A DNA stretch of 64,000 nt. It comes from Longimicrobiales bacterium. GTDB taxonomy: Bacteria; Gemmatimonadota; Gemmatimonadetes; Longimicrobiales; Gaopeijiaceae. The position numbers were made by a program, and so were the translations under genes. This document shows positions 1 to 8,795 of the stretch, piece by piece. Location: contig OZ250165.1 of the NCBI GenBank assembly GCA_965238005.1, positions 4,160,001 to 4,224,000 of the forward strand, in the 5' to 3' direction. The notes beneath the pieces were generated by a model, which saw nothing but the letters and a program-made list of their open reading frames with translations, ran no database searches and was not told the origin of the DNA. The number at the start of each line of letters is the position of its first letter. The first letter of the stretch is position 1.

Positions 1-1206
1 GTGCTTCATCACCGTGTCCAGCGTCGCCCGGATCTCTTCGTCCAACCCCGCCCCTCCGGCGTCCGGGACGATCCCGTCGCGATACTTGACGATCATGGAC
101 GTGGCTCGGCTCGCCAGATTGCCCAGCACGTTCGCCAGCTCCTCGTACCTCGCCAGGAACCTCTCGGGTGTATAGGACGCGTCGGCACCCGTGGGCATGT
201 CCCTCAGGAGGTACCAGCGGACCCCGTCGGTCCCGAAGTCCTCCCGGAGCGCCAGCGGATCGACCACGTTCCCCTTAGACTTGGACATCTTGGTCTCCCC
301 CATGACCCACCATCCGTGGGCCAGGATGTGCTTGGGGAGGTCGAGGTCCGCTGCCATCAAGATCGTCGGCCAGTAGACTGCGTGAGTGGTGATGATGTCC
401 TTGCCCACGAGGTGCATGTCGGCGGGCCACCAGGAGTCCCCGGGGTCTGTGAACCCCGGCTGGTCCGGCCCACCCTCCGGGTCGAGAATACCCGAGCTCG
501 TCACGTAGCTGATGAGAGCGTCGACCCATACGTAGCAGACGTGCTCATCGTCGAAGGGGAGGGTGATGCCCCACTCCAATCGTGACTTCGGACGCGAGAT
601 GGAGAGATCCTGGAGCGGCTGGGCGAGGAAGCCCAAGACCTCGTTCCTCCGGGTCTCCGGGACGATCCACCCCGGGTTCTCCTCGATGTGCTGGATGAGC
701 CGCTTCTGATGGTCGCTCATGCGGAAGAAGTAGTTCTTCTCCTCCACATGGCTCACCGGCCGCCCGCAGTCCGGACAGACGTGGTCCGGCCCCACGTCCG
801 TGTCCGTCCAGTATCGCTCTTCGTGGACGCAGTACCAGCCGCTGTAGACGTCGTCGTAGAGCTGCCCCTTCTTCCAGAGGCGCTCCAGGATGGCCGTGAC
901 CACACCCGCATGCTCCCCCTCCGTCGTGCGGATGAAGCGATCGTGGGAGATGTTCAGGTCCTTCCAGGCCGCCTCGAACCGCTTGGCCATGCGGTCCGCC
1001 AATTCGATCGGCTTTATGCCCTGCTCCGCGGCGGCCTCTTGCATCTTCTGGCCGTGCTCGTCGGTGCCGGTGAGGAAGAGCACGTCGGCCCCCGTCTGCC
1101 GGTAGTAGCGGGCCAGGAAGTCGGTGAGCACGGTCGTGTAGGCGTGCCCTAGGTGGGGCTCGCCCGAGGCGTAGTAGATCGGTGTGGTGAGGTAGCGCCG
1201 GTTCAA
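1..1206 (-). CDS. metG: Methionine--tRNA ligase (3' end runs off the window)
   Basis: Manual translation of the minus strand from TTG at 1206: MNRRYLTTPIYYASGEPHLGHAY...TGTDEHGQK...CVHEERY...CPDCGRP...GKDIITTHAVYWP...AHGWW...KMSKSKGNVVDP. HIGH-like and KMSKS motifs are present. Confidence 0.97.
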   Translation of the reverse strand, partial: MNRRYLTTPIYYASGEPHLGHAYTTVLTDFLARYYRQTGADVLFLTGTDEHGQKMQEAAAEQGIKPIELADRMAKRFEAAWKDLNISHDRFIRTTEGEHAGVVTAILERLWKKGQLYDDVYSGWYCVHEERYWTDTDVGPDHVCPDCGRPVSHVEEKNYFFRMSDHQKRLIQHIEENPGWIVPETRRNEVLGFLAQPLQDLSISRPKSRLEWGITLPFDDEHVCYVWVDALISYVTSSGILDPEGGPDQPGFTDPGDSWWPADMHLVGKDIITTHAVYWPTILMAADLDLPKHILAHGWWVMGETKMSKSKGNVVDPLALREDFGTDGVRWYLLRDMPTGADASYTPERFLARYEELANVLGNLASRATSMIVKYRDGIVPDAGGAGLDEEIRATLDTVMKH

Positions 1207-1255
1207 GGTGTTTCGCGATCGGAGATTTGCGATACGGCAGGCGACCTAGTGGCCA

Positions 1256-2089
1256 CTAGTCGGGCTTGCGCGTCACTTCGCCCTTGAGCTCCTCCAAGGA
1301 CACGGTCCGACGGTTGCCCTCCGTCGAGCGAAGCGTGACGGTCTCCTGCCAGATGTCCACGGTGACGACTCGCTCCTCACCCTGCTCGGTTCTGAGGGTC
1401 TTGCCCTCCCTGGGGAACCGGCGTCGCGCCTCGACATACGTCTTGTGCTCGTACATGAGACAGCACATGAGGCGGCCACAGCAACCGGAGATCTGCGCCG
1501 GGTTGAGCGAGAGCCTCTGGTCCTTGGCGAGCTGCAGGCTGACGGGCTTCAGGGCCGGAAGCCAGGTCGAGCAACAGAGCTCACGGCCGCACCGCCCCAC
1601 TCCCCCGAGCAGAGCCGCCTCGTCGCGAACACCGATCTGCTTGAGCTCGATGCGGGTTCGGAACGTCCGGGCCAGATCTCGGACGAGCTCACGGAAGTCG
1701 ACACGGCGTTCGGCGGTGAAGTAGATGATCAGCTTGTTCTTGTCGAACTGCCACTCGGCTTCGGTGACCTTCATCTTGAGCTCATGCCGTTGCACCAGCT
1801 TCCGCGTCTCGGTGCGGACCCGGTGCTCGTCGTCCCGTAGGCTCTCCACGTTTGCGATCTCACCGTCCCGCGCGAACCGGAGGACCCGCTTCTGCGGAAG
1901 TGGTGTGGCACAGCCCCCCGAAGAGCTGCACTTGCGCTCTGCAATTGTGCCGAGCGCCGCAACTTCGCCGAGGTCCTCTCCCCGGTCGGCCTCGACGATG
2001 ACCTTCGATCCGGGGCTGAGGTCCAGGTCCTGGAAGGAGAAGTAGTCCCGACGGGTGCCCTTGAAGAGAACCTCTGCGAAGCCGGCCAT
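1256..2089 (-). CDS. ricT: PSP1-domain / RicT (YaaT) family Fe-S regulatory protein
   Basis: YFTAERRVDFRELVRDLA...RTRIELKQIGVRDEA...GGVGRCGRELCC...LAKDQRLSLNPAQISGCCGRLMCCLMYE. Start placed at ATG 2089, just after the accA stop. Confidence 0.92.
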   Translation of the reverse strand: MAGFAEVLFKGTRRDYFSFQDLDLSPGSKVIVEADRGEDLGEVAALGTIAERKCSSSGGCATPLPQKRVLRFARDGEIANVESLRDDEHRVRTETRKLVQRHELKMKVTEAEWQFDKNKLIIYFTAERRVDFRELVRDLARTFRTRIELKQIGVRDEAALLGGVGRCGRELCCSTWLPALKPVSLQLAKDQRLSLNPAQISGCCGRLMCCLMYEHKTYVEARRRFPREGKTLRTEQGEERVVTVDIWQETVTLRSTEGNRRTVSLEELKGEVTRKPD

Positions 2090-2091
2090 GG

Positions 2092-3081
2092 TCAATAGGC
2101 CTCGCTCGCCTGTTCGGAGGCGGATTCGGTCCACTCGCCGATGGCCTCGTACTTCTGCCAGCGCCTCTCCAAGAGGTCGGTCGCGTCGATCTGCCGCAGC
2201 TCATCGAGATTACGCACGATGGAGTCTCTCACGGCGACGGCCGTAGCATCCCAGTCGGAGTGGGCTCCACCTGCGGGCTCGGGAATGATCTCGTCCGCGA
2301 CCCCGAGCTCGACCAGATCCTTGGAGGTGAGCTTGAGGGCCGCCGCCGCCTCGACCTTGAAGTCCCGCGAGCGCCAGAGGATGGCCGCGCAGCCCTCGGG
2401 GGAGATCACCGAATACACGGAATGCTCCAGCATCAGGATGCGGTCCGTCACTCCCAGACCGAGGGCGCCACCCGAGCCGCCCTCGCCAATGACGACGGAC
2501 ACGAGGGGAACGCGCAGGCGAGCCATCTCACGCAGGTTGAGGGCGATGGCCTCCGCGATCCCGCGCTCCTCGGAGCCCAGTCCGGGGTAGGCTCCCGGGG
2601 TGTCGATGAAGGTTACTACGGGCCTGCCGAACTTCTCCGCCTGGCGCATGAGCCTGAGGGCCTTCCGGTATCCCTCCGGGTGGGCCATGCCGAAATTCCG
2701 GCGGAGGTTCTCCTTGATGTCCCGGCCCTTCTGGTGGCCGATGACCATCATCGAGGCCCCTTCGAGGCTAGCCCATCCGCCCACGATGGCCTCGTCGTCC
2801 CGGAAGGTTCGATCCCCGTGCAGCTCCACCCAGTCGGTAAAGATGCGCTCCACGTAATCGAGGGTGTACGGGCGGTCCTGGTGTCGCGCTACCCGGACCT
2901 GCTCCATGGGGGTCAGGTTCTTGTACGTGGACTCTTTGAGGGCTTCCAACTTGGTCCGGAGCTCCCTTAGTTCGTCTGACACGTCGAAGCCACTGCGCTC
3001 GGCCGACGCCACGAGGTCGTCAATCTGCTCTTGGACCTCGACGATGTCACGCTCGAACTCCAGCCTCGGCGATTGGGCCAA
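2092..3081 (-). CDS. accA: Acetyl-CoA carboxylase carboxyltransferase subunit alpha
   Basis: LEFE...ARHQDRPYTLDY...ELHGDR...GHQKGRD...NFGMAHPEGYRKALRLM...DTPGAYPG...GEGGSGGAL...YSVISPEGCAAILW. TTG start at 3081 preceded by GGAGG. Confidence 0.97.
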   Translation of the reverse strand: MAQSPRLEFERDIVEVQEQIDDLVASAERSGFDVSDELRELRTKLEALKESTYKNLTPMEQVRVARHQDRPYTLDYVERIFTDWVELHGDRTFRDDEAIVGGWASLEGASMMVIGHQKGRDIKENLRRNFGMAHPEGYRKALRLMRQAEKFGRPVVTFIDTPGAYPGLGSEERGIAEAIALNLREMARLRVPLVSVVIGEGGSGGALGLGVTDRILMLEHSVYSVISPEGCAAILWRSRDFKVEAAAALKLTSKDLVELGVADEIIPEPAGGAHSDWDATAVAVRDSIVRNLDELRQIDATDLLERRWQKYEAIGEWTESASEQASEAY

Positions 3082-3226
3082 GGATTGCCTCCGGCTCGTT
3101 GGGGAAAAAGGTGCCGCCGGAAACGGCATCCGGCGGTGTGGAAGAGGTACAGTATTGTAATTGATGCGGCGCTACGTCGGCTACATTCGCCATTCGCGCG
3201 CGCGGCGTCTCTCCGAACACGCTCGC

Positions 3227-4249
3227 TCATGCACCGCCCCGGCGAATCACCTCCAGCGGCTCCACCTCCTCCGGTTCCTTGAACCGTCCCCAGTATCGAG
3301 CGGTGGCGGCCGCCAGCTCGGGATTCACGTTCGCGAGACCGAACTCCTTGTAGAACATGAGCATCTCCATCTTCCGCGCCATAAAGGGTCCCACGTCGAC
3401 GAAGAACTGAGGACGGAAATCCAGCGTCGCGGTAGGGCACTGGTAGGCGAGGACATTGTGGACTGCCTCGGCCGACGCCAGCGCGATGCGATTGCTGTTC
3501 ACGGAGCCGTGATCCTGGGCCGACGCCGTCGGAAGGTAGAGCATACCGGCGCCGGTCTCGGCTATGACGGACCGCACCAGCTGTGTGGCGGCCTCCGGAT
3601 CGACGGCGTCCTCGTCTCCCACGCTCTTCACCTGGCCCCCCAGCATTTCGGCGGCCTGCACCGCGGCGGCGGCCAGGTCGGAGGGCGGGTCCCCGCCTCC
3701 GGCCAGGTTGAGGATCACGACCTGATGGCCTTCGGCTTGGTGCTTGAAGAGGACGCCACCGCAACCCATCTCCACGTCTCCCGGCCGGCCTCCAACGGCC
3801 AACACAGTCGGGACGTGCCCCGTAGCGGTCGCGTCCGCTGCGGCTTCGCCCGGTCCGGCGTCACCCTCGATCGGGACGAACTCCCGGACCTTGGTCAGCA
3901 GCTCGGCCTTGTCCACGGGCTTGTTGAGCACGTAGTCGGCCCCGGCACGGAAGGCTCCGTCGATCATGAGGCTGCTGGTGGCCCCGGTGACGATCATTAT
4001 CGGGAGGTCGGGATGTGCCTCTCTTCCCTGTTGGGTCAGCTCGATCCCGTCCAGCCCCGGCAGGTTCAGGTCGAAGATGGCAAGCGCCCACCCGCCTCCG
4101 AGCAACAGCTCCAGACCCTTCTGCCCGTCCTGCGCCGAGGTCACCTGGTAGGGGCCGGCGTTCTCGATGAGCGTCTTGATTAGGAGGATCTCGTCGACGC
4201 TGTCCTCCACGAGGAGAATCATGACTTTCTTGGAAGGGCCTGAACTCAC
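3227..4249 (-). CDS. Response-regulator receiver domain fused to a degenerate PIG-L/LmbE deacetylase domain
   Basis: N-terminal ILLVEDS...FDLNLPGLDG...VTG...KP (receiver). C-terminal VLAVGGRPGDVEMGCGG...YQCPTATLDFRP...ATARYWGRF...EPLEVIR (PIG-L fold). GTG start at 4249 is inferred. Confidence 0.8.
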   Translation of the reverse strand: MSSGPSKKVMILLVEDSVDEILLIKTLIENAGPYQVTSAQDGQKGLELLLGGGWALAIFDLNLPGLDGIELTQQGREAHPDLPIMIVTGATSSLMIDGAFRAGADYVLNKPVDKAELLTKVREFVPIEGDAGPGEAAADATATGHVPTVLAVGGRPGDVEMGCGGVLFKHQAEGHQVVILNLAGGGDPPSDLAAAAVQAAEMLGGQVKSVGDEDAVDPEAATQLVRSVIAETGAGMLYLPTASAQDHGSVNSNRIALASAEAVHNVLAYQCPTATLDFRPQFFVDVGPFMARKMEMLMFYKEFGLANVNPELAAATARYWGRFKEPEEVEPLEVIRRGGA

Positions 4250-4610
4250 GGGATGTTGCTGCTCCCAGGGAATATGTTGGGGGGGGGCGTCGGGTCTCAG
4301 GCTCGCGGGGCGTGAGACCCCATCAACTATTCTACCGCCTCTCTCGCTTGGTGGCACCTGTCTTTGCAACCTCTCGACGGAAGGCTCTGTCTCAAGGTGC
4401 ACGGGACGCCCGGGTGCGCCCAGGCACTTCGAGGAGGGCAGCAATGGGGATGGCAAGTTTGGTCGGGCGTACGGGGCTGGGTGCTTCCCAGTCGTCGTGT
4501 GAGCGGGACTCGTGGGGACGTGTTCGCCAGCGGGGTGCGAACGTGCGGTAGCGGCTCGATCGCTGGCTGCGTGGTGGAGGGTCATCCCGGAAGGGGCGGC
4601 CTCGTTCTTG

Positions 4611-5834
4611 TCAGTCTGCCGCGCTTACGACCGGGGACTGCTCGGGGTTCAATTCGGGCTCGGGTACCAGGTAGCCCACCACCGCGGCCATGGCCACGAC
4701 GGCGATGGTTCCCAGCACCGTGTCGCTCACGTACCCGAAGCGCGTGTAGAGCGGGCCGGCCAGAGCGGCGCCCACGGCGAAGCCGACCTGACCGAGGGCG
4801 ACGGTCAGGCTCATGAGTGAGCCTCTCCGTTCGTCGCTCACCAGGGCCGTCAGGAGCGCGGAAAACGGACTGATGCGCATGGCCACCAGGACCATGATGA
4901 CGAAGAACATGCCGTAGGCAACCCAGACGTCACTGATGACGAACGTAGTCAGGGGCATCACCACGGCGAGCCCGAGGCTGGACAGGATGACGATGCGCTT
5001 ACGGCCGATCCTGTCCGAGAGCTTCCCCGCCTGAGGTCCCGTCAGGACGTTGGCGATGCCCCCCACCACGAACATGGTCGCGATGGCGCTGGGAGTCGCA
5101 CCGACGGCTTGCTCGAGCCAGTAAGGCAGGTACACGATGAACAGTGACACACCCATGAACATGAGGAAGTAGGCGGCGGCGGCCGCCGCGATCTCCTTTC
5201 GCATGAACAGGATCTTGTAGTCGCTGGCGGCGCGGGCCAGGGTGAGTCGCCCCTCGGTGCGCTTCACGTCTGGCTGGGGCACCCGGAACCAGATCAAGAG
5301 ACAGGTCATGCTCATGGCGGCGGCGAACAGATAGAAAGGAGCCCGGAAGCCATATGCTCCGGCCAGCACGATCCCAAGGGGGACGCCCGCGATCTGGCCG
5401 GCGGCCATGCCGCTCATCACCCAACCGGTGGCCCAGCCTCGCCTATCGTACGGAAAGAAGTCACCGATGTAGGCGACGGCGGCTCCGCTCAGGATCCCGC
5501 CCGCCGACCCGGCGAAGATGCGGACCGCCAGAAACGAGTAGTACCCCACGACGAAGTGGTGCAGGAGCAGGGCCACGGTCATGATGCCGGTCCCCAATAG
5601 CAGGATGCGGCGCCGCCCGATCTTGTCCGATATCGGACCTGAGATGATGGCGAAGACGCCGACCATGAGGGAGTAGGCCGAGACCAGCGTGCCGAGGACG
5701 GACTCGGCGATTCCGAGCTCTTCGCCGATCCGGGGGAGGATCGGCGAGATGATCATGATCTGGCTGCTGGCCGCGAAGACCAGAAGCCAGAGGGCGAAGA
5801 CGATGACGCCGGGGGAGGGCTTATCTCGGCTCAA
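4611..5834 (-). CDS. MFS transporter
   Basis: About 12 hydrophobic segments and two MFS motif-A copies (GPISDKIGRR, GKLSDRIGRK). Confidence 0.92.
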   Translation of the reverse strand: MSRDKPSPGVIVFALWLLVFAASSQIMIISPILPRIGEELGIAESVLGTLVSAYSLMVGVFAIISGPISDKIGRRRILLLGTGIMTVALLLHHFVVGYYSFLAVRIFAGSAGGILSGAAVAYIGDFFPYDRRGWATGWVMSGMAAGQIAGVPLGIVLAGAYGFRAPFYLFAAAMSMTCLLIWFRVPQPDVKRTEGRLTLARAASDYKILFMRKEIAAAAAAYFLMFMGVSLFIVYLPYWLEQAVGATPSAIATMFVVGGIANVLTGPQAGKLSDRIGRKRIVILSSLGLAVVMPLTTFVISDVWVAYGMFFVIMVLVAMRISPFSALLTALVSDERRGSLMSLTVALGQVGFAVGAALAGPLYTRFGYVSDTVLGTIAVVAMAAVVGYLVPEPELNPEQSPVVSAAD

Positions 5835-5846
5835 GCGCCACCATCC

Positions 5847-6621
5847 TCACCGACTCTCCTTGTGGAATACGGTGGCGGAGCGCTGGTCGGTGCACATCAT
5901 GACCAGCTGAAGGACGTTTACGTGAGGCGGTGCGTTGGCCACGTAGCAGACGGCGTCAGCGACGTCGTCCGGAGTGAGGGGTGTGTAGCCTTGGTAGATC
6001 TTCTCCGCCCTTTCCTCATCCCCACGGAATCGTACGAGTGAGAACTCGGTCTCGACGGCCCCGGGGTCGATGCTCGACACCCGGACGTTGCTGCCCACGA
6101 GATCGATGCTCATCGCCTCGTTCAAGGCATGCACCGCGAACTTAGTGGCGGTATATACGCCACCAGCGGGGTACACCCACCGCCCCGCGATGCTCCCGAT
6201 GTTGATGACGTGGCCCTGGTCCCGTTCGACCATGAGGGGGAGGATCGCCCGGGTCATGTAAAGGAGCCCTTTGACGTTGGTGTCGATCATCTCCTCCCAG
6301 TCTTCGATGTCGCCTTCCTGGATCGTGGACAGGCCCCGGCCGAGACCGGCGTTGTTCAGGAGGATGTCTGGGACGACTCCCCGCTGCCTCAGGTCCGCGG
6401 CCAGCTCGTCGGGCGAGGGCACGGTCCCGCACGTCATGGATCCGGACGGCGACGTCCACGCCGGTCCCCGACAGCTCATCGCGGCGGGCGTTGAGCCGTT
6501 CCTCCCTCCGGGCCAGGAGAATGAGGTTCGCCCCTCGCTCGGCGAAGAAGCGGGCGCAGGACTCGCCGATTCCGGACGTCGCACCGGTGATGACGACGGT
6601 CTTGCCTTCGATTCGATTCAT
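5847..6621 (-). pseudogene. SDR oxidoreductase (YdfG-like), frameshifted near 6410-6420
   Basis: One frame gives MNRIEGKTVVITGATSGIG...; the other gives ...LLNNAG...NIGSIAG...YTATK...DPGAVETEFSLVRF. Total length is 775 nt (one extra base), so it may be a sequencing indel. Confidence 0.8.
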
Positions 6622-6935
6622 GAGCGCTCCCAATCCGAGCCCCCGATCGGGGAAGTCGACCGCCGGCCGCCCCGGCCGAAGGGGTCCGTGGCTTCGGATG
6701 ACGGCGGATCTCCCACACCACGGCCTCCGAAGGTGCGCCCGAGGGGTGAGACTGGCAATGACCGGGACGTTGTTGTCGACGTGTGAGAGGAGGACCTTGA
6801 CGCACTATCTCCAAGTCCCGAAAAGGAGGATGTTGCGAGGGTGCAGGGGAACACCCTACGGTTCCTGCCGGGTACAAAACGCACTCGGGGGGTTCAGTGT
6901 CGGCGCATTCTTGGCGATCTTGTCAGCGACAAAAA

Positions 6936-7008
6936 TGGGGCGTAGCTCAACCGGCAGAGCGCCTGGCTGTTAACCAGGAGGTTGGTGGTTCGAACCCACC
7001 CGCCCCAG
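6936..7008 (+). tRNA. tRNA-Asn(GTT); CCA not encoded
   Basis: Cloverleaf: acceptor TGGGGCG/CGCCCCA, D arm GCTC/GAGC, anticodon stem CCTGG-CT GTT AA-CCAGG, T arm GGTGG-TTCGAAC-CCACC. Confidence 0.97.
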
Positions 7009-7105
7009 TTGGAGATGAGGCAATGTGGGAGCGGCTTTCTGGGCTTTGGTCTGGGAGACCGTTTCCCTTGTGTGCACGTTGGTGTGCATGTTGGAGGCCC
7101 ATTCT

Positions 7106-7778
7106 CTACTTCGCCTCCCTCAGTTCACCACGCTCCAGGACCACCCGGAGCATCGTCTCTTGGTCGGCTTGCTGGTAGACGAGGCGTAGCGTGTTCGGGT
7201 TCGCCCAACCTCCAGCGGCGGCCACGTCGGCATCCGGTAGGTGCTTTCTCTCGGTCGCCCACTTTCTGCGGTAGGCATGCCAGAGGCTCCCGTCCAGCTT
7301 CTCAAGACCGGCGAGCCGTTCAGCTTCCAGAAGCCAGTTGGCTGCGAGATGTCTGCTGAGGGGCTTCGCGGGATCACCCGGAGAGGGGAAGAGGTAGGCA
7401 CGACCGATCCCCGGACGCTCCTGGAGGACTCGGTCGATGGCGGCCCGCACGTCTGGGCCGATCGGGACCAGGGTCTCACGGCCAGCCTTGTCTATCTGCT
7501 GGCCACCGAATGGCCCCGTAGGGTTCAGCCTGAAGATCGAGGTCCTCATACCCTAGGCCGAGCACCGCTGAAAGCCGCCGACCAGTTTCGTGGATGATGT
7601 CTAGGATCTCCGATAGGGGTGAGCGGACCACTTGGGGCCGACCGTTCCACCTAACCTCCATCGTCACCCGGTCCGCCTTCACACGGGTCGCCCGGTAACG
7701 GTCTTCAGTGGCGACAGGACGGCGCGGGTTCTTTTCCGTCGGGGCCACGAACCCCCGCACCGGGGTCTCACACGTTCG
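7106..7778 (-). pseudogene. Tyrosine recombinase/phage integrase, C-terminal remnant with frameshift
   Basis: ETGRRLSAVLGLGYEDLD in one frame, then DKAGRETLVPI...YLFPSP...HAYRRKWAT...GGW...LVYQ in another (R...K...HxxR...W...Y catalytic set). Lies next to the tRNA 3' end; N-terminus is missing. Confidence 0.82.
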
Positions 7779-7970
7779 CACGACGGCGATCTGTTCGGTC
7801 AGGCCGTGAACATCGCCTCACGCCTTCAGGGTGTCGCCGAGCCAGGACAGATTGTCTTGAGCCAGGCTATCGTTGACAAGCTGGACCCCGAGCTTCGCTT
7901 TGAGGAGCTGGGCGAGAAGAGCCTCAAGAACGTGAGTGAGCCCGTGGTTTGTTATGCGGTGCGGCAATAG
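7779..7970 (+). pseudogene. Class III adenylate/guanylate cyclase, C-terminal fragment
   Basis: GDLFGQAVNIASRLQGVAEPGQIVLS...LGEKSLKNVSEPV; no 5' part. Confidence 0.8.
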
Positions 7971-7985
7971 AATCAATCGCAGCAC

Positions 7986-8120
7986 GCCGTCTAACGGCCC
8001 TCTCAGCCACGAGGACGCTCCAGCCTACCCCCTGGATACCGAATAAAGCCCGAAGACGCTCAGAACGTCATTGCAGGCCTCTGAACGGGTTCTGCTTGCG
8101 CCTACCGGACCGCTCTCGGA
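7986..8120 (+). repeat. ~135-bp direct repeat, copy 1
   Basis: Near-identical to 12008-12142 (shared blocks AGGACGCTCCAGCCTACCC, CTGGATACCGAATAAAGC, CGAAGACGCTCAG, ACGTCATTGCAGG, GGGTTCTGCTTGCGCCTACCGGACCGCTCTCGGA). Confidence 0.93.
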
Positions 8121-8162
8121 TGTTGCGAGGGTCCGATCTCCCGGTTGCCAGCGGAGGTCACG

Positions 8163-8300
8163 ATGTCAGACGCCATCGCCCGCCTGAACGCAGCCCTCGA
8201 GGGTCGTTACGCCATCGAGCGTGAGCTCGGTGAGGGCGGGATGGCTACGGTCTATCTTGCGGAGGATCTGAAGCACAGCCGCAAACCCCATGGAGAGTAA
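8163..8300 (+). pseudogene. Ser/Thr protein kinase, 5' remnant (45 aa)
   Basis: MSDAIARLNAALEGRYAIERELGEGGMATVYLAEDLKHSRK then stop. Gly-rich loop present, truncated before the VAxK lysine. GGAGG RBS upstream. Confidence 0.85.
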
Positions 8301-8306
8301 CCGAGA

Positions 8307-8684
8307 ATGATCACCGCCATGAACCGGATCTATGTGGTGCCGGAGTACGCCGAGCAGTTCGAGCAGCGCTTCCGGACACGGGCGCGGCTGGTGGACGGGA
8401 TGCCCGGGTTTATCTGGAACAAGGTACTGAGCCCAGTAAATCCGGGAGACCCATACATTGTCTTGACGCTGTGGGAATCCCGGGCCGCGTTCGATGTGTG
8501 GGTAAAGTCGGACGAGTTCGTGAAAGGGCATGCACGCTCCGGCACGCTTCCGCAAGAAGCGTTCATGCAGCCGAGCCAGCTCGAGTTGCACGAGGTCTTC
8601 ATGGACTCGAGCCAACCGGATCTGGAGCCAGAGCCACGTGGCAAGCCAGTTGCCTTTCACGGCAAGCAGGATGGCGAGCGCTGA
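8307..8684 (+). CDS. ABM-family monooxygenase, IsdG/MhuD/HmoA-like heme-degrading type
   Basis: MITAMNRI...FEQRF...VDGMPGF...YIVLTLWESRAAFDVWVKSDEFVKGH, with Asn/Trp/His at IsdG-like positions. Confidence 0.8.
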   Translation: MITAMNRIYVVPEYAEQFEQRFRTRARLVDGMPGFIWNKVLSPVNPGDPYIVLTLWESRAAFDVWVKSDEFVKGHARSGTLPQEAFMQPSQLELHEVFMDSSQPDLEPEPRGKPVAFHGKQDGER

Positions 8685-8795
8685 GCTGGCAGCAGTGCGA
8701 CTTGCCCGATCCTGGTCGAGAGCTTCTTCGAGGAGTTGAAGCGGCGGGTGGGCAAAGGTGGTGAAAGGCGTGACACACGCGAAAGGGACGACATC

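Noticed and set aside
7986..8128. The 135-bp repeats as integron attC sites (GTCTAAC matches RYYYAAC after a stop codon)
   Set aside because: There is no matching GTTRRRY end or end-to-end palindrome, copy 2 fits poorly, and no IntI-like features were recognised in the integrase remnant.
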